A stretch of DNA of 64,000 nt, from positions 1,664,001 to 1,728,000 of the forward strand of contig OZ241329.1 of NCBI GenBank assembly GCA_965199825.1, given 5' to 3'. The notes under the pieces are model-generated. The model was given only the letters and a program-made list of their open reading frames with translations. It was not told where the DNA came from and did no database searches. This DNA is from Bdellovibrionales bacterium. GTDB taxonomy: Bacteria; Bdellovibrionota; Bdellovibrionia; Bdellovibrionales; UBA1609. Positions 18,026 through 27,957 of this stretch are shown here, one piece after another. The translations under genes were made by a program, and so were the position numbers. Position 1 is the stretch's first letter. Each line of letters opens with the position of its first letter.

Positions 18026-18522
18026 TGAAAACCGGAATTCGTTTTTTTATTTTTTTAAGTGTTTTATTGATTACAAAAACGGCGAGTGCCGAATGGGCCA
18101 TTGATTTATCTCGACGTTTTAATCTTGACCCTCAAAAAACAGAGAACGAAAAATCGATTTACGAGCATGTCGTTTCTGTGCAGCCCAAAACGATTGCTCA
18201 AGAGTTTGTGATCTTACAAACCGAGCAAGGATTTATCCCTCGCAAAGTTCAGGTTCGGGCAGGGCAGAGTTACAAGATCAATGTGGTCAACATCAACGAG
18301 CAACAACGCAATGTCAGTTTTGTTTTTGATCAATTCGAAGAGCATCAGGCAACCTACTACGGTAAAATAAAATCATTTATAATTGATCCACAAAGCGAAG
18401 GGATCTTTACTTTTCAATCTCCCGAAACCGGCTTTGATGGGCAGTTGGTTGTTTTACCCAATGCGAATCCTAAAATAGAAAAAGAAGTTGAGCTTCGAGC
18501 GCCGGCATCGGCACAGGAGTAA
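18025..18522 (+). CDS. Exported cupredoxin-like protein
   Basis: Signal peptide (ASA), F.PRKVQVRAGQ.Y.I.VVN, G.FTFQSP...GQLVV; lacks the Cu-ligand Cys. Confidence 0.65.
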   Translation: MKTGIRFFIFLSVLLITKTASAEWAIDLSRRFNLDPQKTENEKSIYEHVVSVQPKTIAQEFVILQTEQGFIPRKVQVRAGQSYKINVVNINEQQRNVSFVFDQFEEHQATYYGKIKSFIIDPQSEGIFTFQSPETGFDGQLVVLPNANPKIEKEVELRAPASAQE

Positions 18523-18524
18523 TC

Positions 18525-19619
18525 TTGTCTGACGTTTATTTCCAAACTATTCGAAGTTACTTGGGTCCAATCCTTCATTTTTTAGAAGATGAATCCGTCA
18601 CCGAAGTCATGATCAACAGTCCAAGCGAAATTTGGATCGAAGTTGCCGGAAAAATTCAAAAGACCACAGCCAAATTTCAAGACGAAGATTCATTGCGTGC
18701 AGCTGTCAACAATATCGCCCAAAGTGTTGGCAGAAGAATCAACGACGAGGAGCCTCGGCTAGATGCCCGATTGCCCAATGGCTATCGTATTCATGCGGTT
18801 ATTCCTCCGTGCGCGCGCAAAGGGACCACTCTAGCGATTCGAAAATTTTCGAAAGTTCAATTTACATTTAAGGATTATATTCGGATTGGTGCCTTAAGCG
18901 TTGATGGTGCACAGTTTTTAGATATCGCAATGAAACTCGGAAAAAACATTTTGGTCAGCGGTGGAACGGGTTCAGGAAAAACCACTTTGCTCAGTGTTTT
19001 GAGTAACCGAATTCCAAGCGGCCAACGCGTGATCGTGATCGAAGATTCAAGTGAACTCCAAGTAGAGTATGAGCATGTGGTATTTTTTGAAACTCGCATG
19101 CCTGATGAACAAGGTCGTAACGAAGTGACCATTCGTGATCTACTCAAAAGCAGTTTAAGGCTCAGACCCGACCGCATCATTGTGGGTGAGGTTCGTGGTG
19201 CTGAGGCTTTAGAATTGGTCCAAGCCATGAACACCGGTCACAAAGGTTGTATGGGAACCATCCATTCCAACTCGGCATCGGATGCATTGGTGCGACTCGA
19301 AGCCCTCGCTCAAGGTGGAGATTCTAGATTGAGCGAAAAAGCACTTCGGTATCAGATCGGATCGGCAATTGATCTTGTTGTTCAAATTTCAAGATACCCC
19401 GATGGTTCAAGACGTATTGGTGAAATTGCAGAGGTGCTAGGATGGGACAAAGAGGGAACATACAATGTTGCACCGATTTACCGTCTGTCTCGTTTGGTCA
19501 AAAAACCAGACGGAAAACTAGAAGGCTCTCTCGTTGCAACCGGTGAAGTGCCCTCGTTTATCGACGAGATCGAAGACAATCAAATTCCATTTCCAAGGAC
19601 TAAGTTTAAGGCCGCATGA
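18525..19619 (+). CDS. cpaF: CpaF/TadA-family Flp pilus assembly ATPase
   Basis: VTEVMIN, DARLP.G.R, SGGTGSGKTT, IEDSSEL, LRLRPDRIIVGEVRGAEA, MNTGH.G...TIH. Confidence 0.9.
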   Translation: MSDVYFQTIRSYLGPILHFLEDESVTEVMINSPSEIWIEVAGKIQKTTAKFQDEDSLRAAVNNIAQSVGRRINDEEPRLDARLPNGYRIHAVIPPCARKGTTLAIRKFSKVQFTFKDYIRIGALSVDGAQFLDIAMKLGKNILVSGGTGSGKTTLLSVLSNRIPSGQRVIVIEDSSELQVEYEHVVFFETRMPDEQGRNEVTIRDLLKSSLRLRPDRIIVGEVRGAEALELVQAMNTGHKGCMGTIHSNSASDALVRLEALAQGGDSRLSEKALRYQIGSAIDLVVQISRYPDGSRRIGEIAEVLGWDKEGTYNVAPIYRLSRLVKKPDGKLEGSLVATGEVPSFIDEIEDNQIPFPRTKFKAA

Positions 19620-19709
19620 CGTGGCGCAGCCTTTGATTTGAAGACCACCGCTTAAAGTTTCGGGATTTTTGTTTGTTCTTAAACAAGACTCTGCGTTACA
19701 ACGACTTGT

Positions 19710-20720
19710 GTGTACTTCAGTGGTAAAATCACAAATTCTTTTGTTCAATATTTAGGTCGGCAGGGCATCGACACCGAGCGCCTTTTTGAACTGACCGAGT
19801 TACCCACCGAGTTTTTGCAAGATTCTTCGTGCTGGCTCAATGCCGCCGATGTCGAAGCCTTTTTAAATATTATCGAGCGCGAATTTAGCAATAAATTTCC
19901 CGACAAAAATTTGATGTGTGCAGTCGGTCATGCTTGTAACGATATCAAGGCCTGGGGTGTATTAGACGGCGTCTTAAAGATGATGCAAAAACCCACCGAC
20001 ATTTACTCGCAACCCCAACGGTTTATTTCTTATTTTGTTTCGCCCGCACCACCTATTGGAAATCTTCAACGTGAAGACGAAAGCATCTCGTTTGATTTGC
20101 CATTTTCAAATACCGAATTTCCACTCGCCACCGAATATCTGAGAGCAGCGTTTGAGGCCTTGCCTTTGTATGTCGGAAAAAACATGTCGAGCGCACAGTG
20201 GCGTCACACAAAACTGACGGTGTCCTGGTCAGAGGCGCAAGAGTCACTGATCGAGAATTCTGAATTTGTGGTGAAGCCTGAGGTCATTCATGAATTGGTG
20301 GCTTCACTTGAAGAAGCTCAACGCGAACTCGAAACCCAAAAACAAATTGTGATGGCCCAAGCTCATGAGATTGAGCAACTCAAATCTCTAAGTTTAGGCA
20401 CCGAACGGATCAAAAGCGCATTCAATGAAGACGATATGATGATGATGCGCAGCCAAGTTTTGCGCTTGAGTGATTATATCACCCGATCACTCCAACTCGT
20501 CACACTTCTTGTTCGTCAAAATCGGCTCGACCGCCAGGTTCAAGAGGCGATGAAGCGACTCGATTGGGATTTTGTATCCACCCAGTACCGAGATGTTGTC
20601 GATGATTTATTAAAAAAGATTGAAACGTTAAAGCTAATTCCAGCCACACCTGTTAAACCCACTCGAGCCCTTAAACGCAAACGCACTTCAAGCGAGCTCG
20701 AACTCACCGCAACCAGTTAG
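19710..20720 (+). CDS. Hypothetical protein: N-terminal ligand-binding-like domain plus C-terminal coiled coil
   Basis: Long ORF with normal composition; start uncertain. Confidence 0.7.
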   Translation: MYFSGKITNSFVQYLGRQGIDTERLFELTELPTEFLQDSSCWLNAADVEAFLNIIEREFSNKFPDKNLMCAVGHACNDIKAWGVLDGVLKMMQKPTDIYSQPQRFISYFVSPAPPIGNLQREDESISFDLPFSNTEFPLATEYLRAAFEALPLYVGKNMSSAQWRHTKLTVSWSEAQESLIENSEFVVKPEVIHELVASLEEAQRELETQKQIVMAQAHEIEQLKSLSLGTERIKSAFNEDDMMMMRSQVLRLSDYITRSLQLVTLLVRQNRLDRQVQEAMKRLDWDFVSTQYRDVVDDLLKKIETLKLIPATPVKPTRALKRKRTSSELELTATS

Positions 20721-20727
20721 GAACAAA

Positions 20728-22005
20728 ATGAGCAAAATTAAAAAAGTAAAAGCCCGTGAAATCCTTGATTCTCGGGGTACGCCTACACTTGAAGTCGAAG
20801 TCGAACTCTCAAGCGGAATGATCGGTCGAGCCGCAGTGCCAAGTGGAGCCTCCACCGGAGCCCACGAAGCTTTAGAACTTCGCGACCAAGATCCCAAACG
20901 CTATTTTGGCAAAGGTGTTTTAAAAGCCATCGATAACGTCAACACAATCATTGCTCGCGCGGTGGTCGGTCTTTCGATGGATGATCGCACTGTGATAGAA
21001 AAAAAATTGAAGGAACTTGATCCCACCCCAAATAAGTCAAAACTTGGAGCGAATGCAATTTTGGGAGTGTCGCTCGCAAGTGTAAAAGCTCAGGCTCAAC
21101 ACGAGGATTTGCCTCTTTATCAATATCTCAATGATCAAGAAGACTATAGTCTGCCAGTGCCATTAATGAATGTTCTCAATGGCGGGGCTCACGCCGATAA
21201 TGGGGTTGATGTTCAAGAATTTATGATTGTTCCTCACGGTCAAAAAAACTTTCGTGAGGCTTTGCGCTGTGGCGCCGAAGTTTTTCATAATCTCAAAACA
21301 ATCTTAAAAAAACGTGGGCTCGTGACCGCAGTTGGTGATGAAGGGGGATTTGCTCCACACCTTAAGGGCAATGCTGAAGCCTTGACCTTGATCTGTGAAG
21401 CCATCGAGCTCAGTGGATACAAACTCGGTCAGGACGTTTCGCTCGCCCTCGATGTGGCTGCAACCGAATTTTTTAAAGACGGCAGTTATCATTGGGAAAA
21501 AGAAAATTTAACCGCCGCTCAATTGATTGCGGTCTATCAAGATTGGCGCAAAAAATTCCCAATTGTCAGTATTGAAGACGGTTTGTCAGAGGATGATTGG
21601 GAGGGCTGGAAGACTTTGACCGAGACTATGGGTCGATCAACTCAATTGGTAGGTGATGATTTATTTGTGACCAACCCTGAGCGAATTACGCGTGGGATCG
21701 AAGGCCACATTGCCAATGCGGTTTTGATCAAAGTGAACCAAATTGGCTCTCTCTCGCAAACAGAAGAGGCTGTGCGCATCGCTAAACAAGGTGAGTATGC
21801 GACAGTGATGTCTCATCGCAGTGGCGAAACTGAAGATACAACCATTGCCGATTTGGCGGTGGCTTTGCAGTGTGAACAAATCAAGACAGGAAGCTTGTGC
21901 CGAGGAGAGCGAACTGCTAAATATAATCAATTGCTTCGAATAGAAGACGAACTCGGGACCCACGCAAAATTTCTGGGTCGCAAAGCTTTTAAAGCTGTCG
22001 AATGA
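20728..22005 (+). CDS. eno: Enolase
   Basis: [43 protein letters not shown]. Confidence 0.98.
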   Translation: MSKIKKVKAREILDSRGTPTLEVEVELSSGMIGRAAVPSGASTGAHEALELRDQDPKRYFGKGVLKAIDNVNTIIARAVVGLSMDDRTVIEKKLKELDPTPNKSKLGANAILGVSLASVKAQAQHEDLPLYQYLNDQEDYSLPVPLMNVLNGGAHADNGVDVQEFMIVPHGQKNFREALRCGAEVFHNLKTILKKRGLVTAVGDEGGFAPHLKGNAEALTLICEAIELSGYKLGQDVSLALDVAATEFFKDGSYHWEKENLTAAQLIAVYQDWRKKFPIVSIEDGLSEDDWEGWKTLTETMGRSTQLVGDDLFVTNPERITRGIEGHIANAVLIKVNQIGSLSQTEEAVRIAKQGEYATVMSHRSGETEDTTIADLAVALQCEQIKTGSLCRGERTAKYNQLLRIEDELGTHAKFLGRKAFKAVE

Positions 22006-22025
22006 TTCCTTACTAAGGAGAGATT

Positions 22026-22769
22026 GTGTTTTCAGTGTTATTTTATTTTATGTCGGCGCAGGCTGCGTCGGCAAATTGTAGTGCTTTAAATAGCATTAAC
22101 TTCGAAATTCCTGGAGTTCAGCTCCAAGCTCGCACTGTCAAACGTGACGAATATAGATCTCTGATGGAATTGATTTTCGGCAAAGTCGCATTTAATTTTG
22201 ATTCTAAAGAAGTCAACTCACCCGATGACACCGCAAAGCTAGTTTGGACCAATCATTTCGAGCCTCTGCTTCAGAGCAGTCGATTCACTTATCATGAAAT
22301 GGCCAAGATCAATATGGATTCAAAAATAACAATTTTTGATGCTCGTTCAAAATCAGATCCTAAGGTGAGTTATTTTGATAACCCGGCTCAATTTTTTAAA
22401 GGCAGTCCTTTTGCCATTATAACCGTAGGAATTTTTTCTGGAGCTAAACTGATTGGGTTTGCTTCGATTTACAAAGATACGACTACAACTGCAAGATATC
22501 TAAACCCGCATTTCAGCAACCAGACCGTGTTTATTACTGTCGCTTTAAGTCGCCAAACTCGGCGGCTCGTTGAAGTCACAAAGGCAGCAATGAATTATGC
22601 TTTCCAAACACTCAAAGTTGAGGAAGTTATTGTCCCTTTGCCGATCGACGAAAACATCGAAAGATTAGGGCATGCCTTACAACTTAATAAAGGTGAGCAG
22701 CACGGAAATCTGAATTACATGTGGCGAAACACGATTCCGGTTTCTCACTCTGCCGCCGGCAACGACTGA
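22026..22769 (+). CDS. Exported protein with RimJ/RimL-type GNAT-like C-terminal half
   Basis: RBS AAGGAG; signal (AQA/ASA); KLIGFASI and EVTKAAMNYAFQTLKVEEV resemble GNAT beta4/alpha3. Confidence 0.5.
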   Translation: MFSVLFYFMSAQAASANCSALNSINFEIPGVQLQARTVKRDEYRSLMELIFGKVAFNFDSKEVNSPDDTAKLVWTNHFEPLLQSSRFTYHEMAKINMDSKITIFDARSKSDPKVSYFDNPAQFFKGSPFAIITVGIFSGAKLIGFASIYKDTTTTARYLNPHFSNQTVFITVALSRQTRRLVEVTKAAMNYAFQTLKVEEVIVPLPIDENIERLGHALQLNKGEQHGNLNYMWRNTIPVSHSAAGND

Positions 22770-23629
22770 AGCATCAACTGGCAAAAAAAGTTCATCGGAA
22801 CTTCGGGTAATTGATAGGGGCGCGGCTCGTTGAGGTTTTTGATTTCTGATTGCAACTGACTCACCGACCAACCCTTTTCGCTCAACAACCGTTCGGCTTG
22901 CACCGCCAAAATCATATTTCGACCGGCTCCCTCAAAATCCTCGTCCATCCCTGCGGGCTTGGCATAGGCTAAAGTGAACAATCGGCCGTGCGGGTGCATG
23001 GGACTCGGAGTCTCAGCCACTTGCAGCGCCATCTTTTGGGGCACCATACGGTAGGCGACATGACCCAAATTTAATTTTTGGGCGAGATCTTTTGCGACTT
23101 CATATGAGTTTCCTAAAGACTCTAGTTTTTGAACCACATCGCTTAAACTTTCTTTTTTTAAAGCCTGTTCTAAAAGGGCCGACACAATTTCCAATTGATC
23201 GCTCGAGGTATTGAGTCTTATTTTTTTGATTTGCCCTTGAGGAAATTCGGCGGTGGGGGATTCAAAGATTTCAATCCCATCTTTGACGGGTACAATTCGG
23301 TAATGCGACTTACGACTTGAGGATGAACGAAATAATAATTCTGAAGCGGTGAGAGGTGTGAGGCGAGGGACTGCATTGCCAAACTTATTTTTTAAAATTT
23401 GTAAGATTTCGCGCGCGCCCGTCGTGCCAAATCTCTGATCCAGTGTGGCCAGCAAAACTCCGGTGTGTTGGTGATTCAATGGGGTTTTAAGATCTGGTTC
23501 TACCGGTTTAAAGAGTGGATACCATCGTTCGCGATCGGCAACTGCGACTTGTTTTCCATCTATAAAAAATCGGGCGTGCACGGTTTGTAGGGGCAACATC
23601 AAAACAAAAAATAAAATTTTAAAATTCAT
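22745..23629 (-). CDS. Exported hypothetical protein
   Basis: Signal MNFKILFFVLMLPLQTVHA from ATG 23629, overlapping the argR stop. Confidence 0.7.
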   Translation of the reverse strand: MNFKILFFVLMLPLQTVHARFFIDGKQVAVADRERWYPLFKPVEPDLKTPLNHQHTGVLLATLDQRFGTTGAREILQILKNKFGNAVPRLTPLTASELLFRSSSSRKSHYRIVPVKDGIEIFESPTAEFPQGQIKKIRLNTSSDQLEIVSALLEQALKKESLSDVVQKLESLGNSYEVAKDLAQKLNLGHVAYRMVPQKMALQVAETPSPMHPHGRLFTLAYAKPAGMDEDFEGAGRNMILAVQAERLLSEKGWSVSQLQSEIKNLNEPRPYQLPEVPMNFFCQLMLQSLPAAE

Positions 23630-24062
23630 TGATAATTGCTTTAGTAAGAGATTGGATTTTGTTTGTCGAACGGGGAGCCACAAAAACGGTGTCATCACCC
23701 GCAATAGTGCCTAAAATCTCTTTGATTTGAGATTTATCCAGTAGTCGCGCCACAAGGCTTGCCGATCCGGGAGTTGTGCGCAAAACAATCAATGATCCAT
23801 TGTGTTCAACACTCATCAAAAGACTTTGCATGTCGGTGGTCACCACCGATGAATCCTCAGAGAGGCGATAAACAATTGCGCCCGAACTGTTTCGCATTTT
23901 GATCGCATTGATCCGTCTTAAATCGCGCGAAATAGTACTTTGGGTTGCGGTAAATTTTTTTGATTTGAGGGCCGCGACCAGCTCCTCTTGGGTTGATAAA
24001 CCTCCCTCAACCAAAAGAGTTTTTAAAGCTTGCATGCGCTCTGCAGATTCGTTTGACGACAT
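23619..24062 (-). CDS. argR: Arginine repressor
   Basis: TQEEL, TQSTISRDL, T.PGSA, GTIAGDDT. Confidence 0.95.
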   Translation of the reverse strand: MSSNESAERMQALKTLLVEGGLSTQEELVAALKSKKFTATQSTISRDLRRINAIKMRNSSGAIVYRLSEDSSVVTTDMQSLLMSVEHNGSLIVLRTTPGSASLVARLLDKSQIKEILGTIAGDDTVFVAPRSTNKIQSLTKAIINEF

Positions 24063-24967
24063 CAGTAAAGTCCCATCATTAAAGCTTTTTGGGCATGGAG
24101 GCGATTTTCGGCCTGCTCAAAAATTTTGGATTGGGGATGGTCAGCCATTTCTGAAGTGATCTCTTGATCTCTGACCATCGGCAAGCAATGCAAAATAATC
24201 GCATTAGCTTCGGCCTGACTAAATATTTTTTTATTTACCTGATAGGGCCTAAAAGTTTCAAGCCTCGTGCTATTTTGTTGCGACTCAAAGCCCATGCTGG
24301 TCCATACATCGGTGTAAATCGCATGACACCCCTTGGCCGCCTCTAATGGCGATTCGAAAAATTTAATTTTATTTGGAGCGCGGTGATTCGCACGCTCGAC
24401 AATAGACGCTTTCGGAAGATGTGCAGTCGGACACGCATAGTGCACGTCGATTCCGAGTTGAGGAAGCATCAGCATCAGCGAATGAAGCATATTGTTGCCA
24501 TCACCCACATAGCACAGCTTTAAACCTTCCAGCCGATCAAAGGTTTGAAACAATGTTGTGAGATCAGCAAGTATTTGGCACGGGTGATGATCATCAGAAA
24601 GACCATTAATAATCGGAATCTTTGCAACCGTTGCCATCCGATCTAAAGTCGAATGCTCAAACGTTCTTAGCATGATTCCTTGCACCATTCCTTGGAGCAC
24701 CCGCATAGTGTCTTCGGGTTCTTCATGTTTTTTTTGGCTCCCCAAAAGCTCAAGGGGGTGACCACCCATTTCATTGACACCCACCGCAAAACTTACCCGT
24801 GTGCGGAGCGAGGGCTTTTCAAAAATCAGCGCGATTGTTTTGTTTTTGAGATGATCACTGGGTTGCCGATTTTTTTTGAGCTGATCTGCGGTTTTAATCA
24901 ACTCCATCAGCTCAAGAGGCGACAACTCTTCGCCGGTTAAAAAGTTGCGAGTTTTAAACCGCAACAT
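24062..24967 (-). CDS. argF: Ornithine carbamoyltransferase
   Basis: FEKPSLRTR, HPCQ, GDGNN, YTDVWTSMG, HCLP, AENRLH; start ATG 24967. Confidence 0.93.
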   Translation of the reverse strand: MLRFKTRNFLTGEELSPLELMELIKTADQLKKNRQPSDHLKNKTIALIFEKPSLRTRVSFAVGVNEMGGHPLELLGSQKKHEEPEDTMRVLQGMVQGIMLRTFEHSTLDRMATVAKIPIINGLSDDHHPCQILADLTTLFQTFDRLEGLKLCYVGDGNNMLHSLMLMLPQLGIDVHYACPTAHLPKASIVERANHRAPNKIKFFESPLEAAKGCHAIYTDVWTSMGFESQQNSTRLETFRPYQVNKKIFSQAEANAIILHCLPMVRDQEITSEMADHPQSKIFEQAENRLHAQKALMMGLY

Positions 24968-25712
24968 GATGAAACCCCTCAAAATTACATGTTGTTGAGT
25001 GATCTTCAAAAATATCCGAGGCATGCACCACTTTTACTTTTTTTACTCCCGAATTGAGAGCATGGATGATCGCCAAAGTTTTGGTGAGCATTCCGCCAGA
25101 GACCACACGGTACTTGATCATTTGCTCAAGGCCCTCAACATCCACCGCTTTTATACTTTGGCCTTCTTCATCTAAAATTCCAAATTGATCGGTTAAAAAG
25201 ATTAACTCATCAACCTCAAGTGCACTCGCAAGATAGCTTGCGGCCCAATCGGCATTGATATTTAAAGCTTGTCCATTTTGACTTGTACCAATAGGTGCGA
25301 TCACTGGCAGAGATGTCATAGATAATAGCCAATCACTATTCACCTTTTTGATTTCGCCCACGTGTCCAAGATTTATTTTTTGATCACAAAGTAGAGTTTG
25401 GTTGTCGGTGCCCGCACAACCGAATGCCAAGATTCCGTGGGCATTTAAAAACCGAACCAATTTGCGATTGACCGAGCCACATAACGTCGACTCAATCACC
25501 CCAACCATTTCGGCAGTGGTCACGCGCTGGCCATCGATAAATGTCCATTGAATCCCGCGCAGAACGAGTTCGGCATTGATATTGGGACCCCCGCCATGAA
25601 CCAAAAAAATCTGATCGCCTCGTTCCTTTAACTTTTTAATTAGTTCGACCAAAATCAAAAGGTTTGATTCATGGTTGAGGGCTGATCCACCGAGTTTGAT
25701 AAGCGTCTTCAT
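24954..25712 (-). CDS. argB: Acetylglutamate kinase
   Basis: IKLGGS, VHGGGP, G.RVT, NINAD, GGM..K. Confidence 0.93.
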   Translation of the reverse strand: MKTLIKLGGSALNHESNLLILVELIKKLKERGDQIFLVHGGGPNINAELVLRGIQWTFIDGQRVTTAEMVGVIESTLCGSVNRKLVRFLNAHGILAFGCAGTDNQTLLCDQKINLGHVGEIKKVNSDWLLSMTSLPVIAPIGTSQNGQALNINADWAASYLASALEVDELIFLTDQFGILDEEGQSIKAVDVEGLEQMIKYRVVSGGMLTKTLAIIHALNSGVKKVKVVHASDIFEDHSTTCNFEGFHHVAV

Positions 25713-26899
25713 GAATACTCCGTATTGATAGTGATATAACGTTTAGAAAGATCGCAGCCCCATGCGGTTGCGGTGTTGTCGCCCGAGGCCAAATCAATTT
25801 CGATATGCACGCAATTTTTTTTTAAACTTTGCTTGATATGATCAAAATTAAAAACTTCGGGATGTCCCGCAGTAAACAAAACTTGTCCTTGGATTTTTAA
25901 TGTCATCTTATTCAGACACTCGAGCGGCACTTGCTCGGCTCCGAGACGGGCGATCACCCGCCCCCAGTTCGGATCTTCACCGTGCATTGCAGTTTTCACG
26001 AGTGGACTTAAAATCACTCCGCGTGCAGCACGTCGAGCAAGCTCCAAGGTCGGTGAACCTTTAAGTTCAACCTCGATCAGTTTTGTTGCGCCCTCACCAT
26101 CCGAGGCAATCGCTTTGGCCAAAAACTGACAGACCTCGATCAGCGCAGTTTTAAAAATTGCGATATCTTGAGCTGTAACAACCGAGACAAGTGACAAGCC
26201 ATTTGCGAGGAGAAATGAGCAATCATTGGTAGAGCAATCCCCATCTACACTGATCATATTAAAACTGACATCGGTGGACTGTTTCAAAAAATCTTGGGCT
26301 TGAGTTTGCTCAAGAACCGCGTCGGTCAAAATATATCCCAGCATCGTTCCCATCTGTGGATGAATCATGCCGGAACCTTTACAAATTCCGGTGATTTGAA
26401 CATCACCCCCACTTAAGGGCACTGTTGTCGAAACAGATTTAGGGACCAAGTCGGTGGTTAAAATTGAAAGTGCAAAACCATCGGCCACATCGCTCGCGCG
26501 CTCAATCAGTTCTGGAATCGCTAAAGTGATTTTATCAATTTCGAGTTGTTTACCAATCACACCCGTGCTGGCTGTCAAAACCGCGGTTGTATTCAGGTTT
26601 AAATGTCGAGCCACAGTCGCTGCCATTTGAAGATTTGAGGCTTCGCCTTGTGGACCTGTACCTGCATTGGCTTGGCCTGAATTTGTAATGACCGCACGAA
26701 TGGTGTTTGAGGGTAAAAGATTTTGTGAATATAAAATTGGCGCGGCTCTAAGCTGATTGAGTGTAAACACACCGGCTGCCACACAATCGACCTCCGAATA
26801 AATCAAGCCTAAGTCTGGGCGATAACGACGAACCCCAGAATTGATTCCACTTGCAAAAAAACCTTTGGGCAATGGAGTGTGATGAAGTCCTAAAGACAT
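25709..26899 (-). CDS. argJ: Ornithine acetyltransferase / N-acetylglutamate synthase
   Basis: NSGQANAGTG, STGVIG, KGSGMIHP.M.TML, DG.CSTND, DGEGATK. Confidence 0.95.
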   Translation of the reverse strand: MSLGLHHTPLPKGFFASGINSGVRRYRPDLGLIYSEVDCVAAGVFTLNQLRAAPILYSQNLLPSNTIRAVITNSGQANAGTGPQGEASNLQMAATVARHLNLNTTAVLTASTGVIGKQLEIDKITLAIPELIERASDVADGFALSILTTDLVPKSVSTTVPLSGGDVQITGICKGSGMIHPQMGTMLGYILTDAVLEQTQAQDFLKQSTDVSFNMISVDGDCSTNDCSFLLANGLSLVSVVTAQDIAIFKTALIEVCQFLAKAIASDGEGATKLIEVELKGSPTLELARRAARGVILSPLVKTAMHGEDPNWGRVIARLGAEQVPLECLNKMTLKIQGQVLFTAGHPEVFNFDHIKQSLKKNCVHIEIDLASGDNTATAWGCDLSKRYITINTEYS

Positions 26900-27846
26900 G
26901 AGATTAACTCGTGTGAGGGCAGACCTAAAATTTGATTCAAGTTTTCAATTGCCTGGCTTGCTGCGCCCTTTAATAAGTTGTCGATAACACTAAATACATA
27001 AAGTTTATCTTGAACAACTTTGTAACTGATATGTGTCATCGCGGTGCGAATCACATTTTTGATGCGTGCAAGCTCTGTGATCGCTTCGCCATGTCGAACA
27101 AATGGATAATCATGATACGAGCGATCAAAGGCCTCTTTTATCTTTTCAAAAGGGGCGACCAGTTTGGTGTAAATCGCCACACTCAATCCTCGATCAATCG
27201 GTAACAGGTGGGTGTTAAAGTGCGGGTCGATCTGGATATCAGAAAATGTTTTCACCGCCTCGCAAATTTCGGGCAGATGTTGATGTTCCCCCACGCGATA
27301 GGGAGTAAAGTCTCCGCTCACTTCGCTAAACATCAAAGCTTCTTTTGGTTTTTTGCCGGCTCCGGTTGTTCCAGATTTGGCATCGATCACCAGTGTTGTT
27401 GTATCAATCAGATTATTTTTTATAAGCGGTAAAAGAGCCATAAGAGTGGCCGTTGCAAAACAGCCAGGATTACTAATCAAGTTGCTACTCGGCCGTTTTG
27501 CAAAAGGCAAGAGACCGTAGTGACCTTGAAGTGGCGACTTTAAATTGTAAGTGTCTTGACTTAACAAAGGCGGCAATCGAAAGGCCCCACTCAGATCAAT
27601 CACACAAATTCCAGATTGCAAAAGTTTGGGGGCTAACTCGAAAGAGACTTCAGCCGGTGTGGCCAAAAAAACAATAGGCGTGGTTAAAAGATTCTCAAAT
27701 TGATCTTGATCCATGTCCGATGCGAAACAATTTTTTACCGCGACGTAAGGGTGCCTGTTGAGCATCTGAACAAGCTCAACGCCTGCATATCCGCGACTCC
27801 CAACAACCGAAACAGCCATCTGATCAACTGAATTTTTATGCATCAT
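26890..27846 (-). CDS. argC: N-acetyl-gamma-glutamyl-phosphate reductase
   Basis: G.RGYAG, IDLSGAFR, NPGCF, SGTTGAG, HQHLPEI, IDNLLKGAASQA; start 27846 or 27819. Confidence 0.94.
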   Translation of the reverse strand: MMHKNSVDQMAVSVVGSRGYAGVELVQMLNRHPYVAVKNCFASDMDQDQFENLLTTPIVFLATPAEVSFELAPKLLQSGICVIDLSGAFRLPPLLSQDTYNLKSPLQGHYGLLPFAKRPSSNLISNPGCFATATLMALLPLIKNNLIDTTTLVIDAKSGTTGAGKKPKEALMFSEVSGDFTPYRVGEHQHLPEICEAVKTFSDIQIDPHFNTHLLPIDRGLSVAIYTKLVAPFEKIKEAFDRSYHDYPFVRHGEAITELARIKNVIRTAMTHISYKVVQDKLYVFSVIDNLLKGAASQAIENLNQILGLPSHELISCL

Positions 27847-27865
27847 ACATGCATAAATAGTATAG
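27827..27865. promoter_or_regulatory. Tandem ARG boxes (ArgR operator) at the argC start
   Basis: ACTGAATTTTTATGCATC (27827-44) and CATGCATAAATAGTATAG (27848-65): 18-bp boxes 3 bp apart. Confidence 0.75.
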
Positions 27866-27894
27866 ATTTAGATTTAAATCAACATAAATATGTA

Positions 27895-27922
27895 TTGACT
27901 GCATAAATATTCTAAGTAAAAC
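27895..27922 (+). promoter_or_regulatory. Candidate argG promoter overlapped by an ARG box
   Basis: TTGACT at 27895-900 and ARG box ACTGCATAAATATTCTAA at 27898-915; -10 element weak. Confidence 0.6.
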
Positions 27923-27957
27923 ATGGCAAAAAAAGGCTCAAAAAGAGGTTATTTCAT

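Noticed and set aside
24062..24967. SLRT instead of STRT in ArgF, suggesting an acetyl/succinyl-ornithine transcarbamylase
   Set aside because: The DxxxSMG ornithine-binding loop and the presence of argJ indicate an ordinary OTCase
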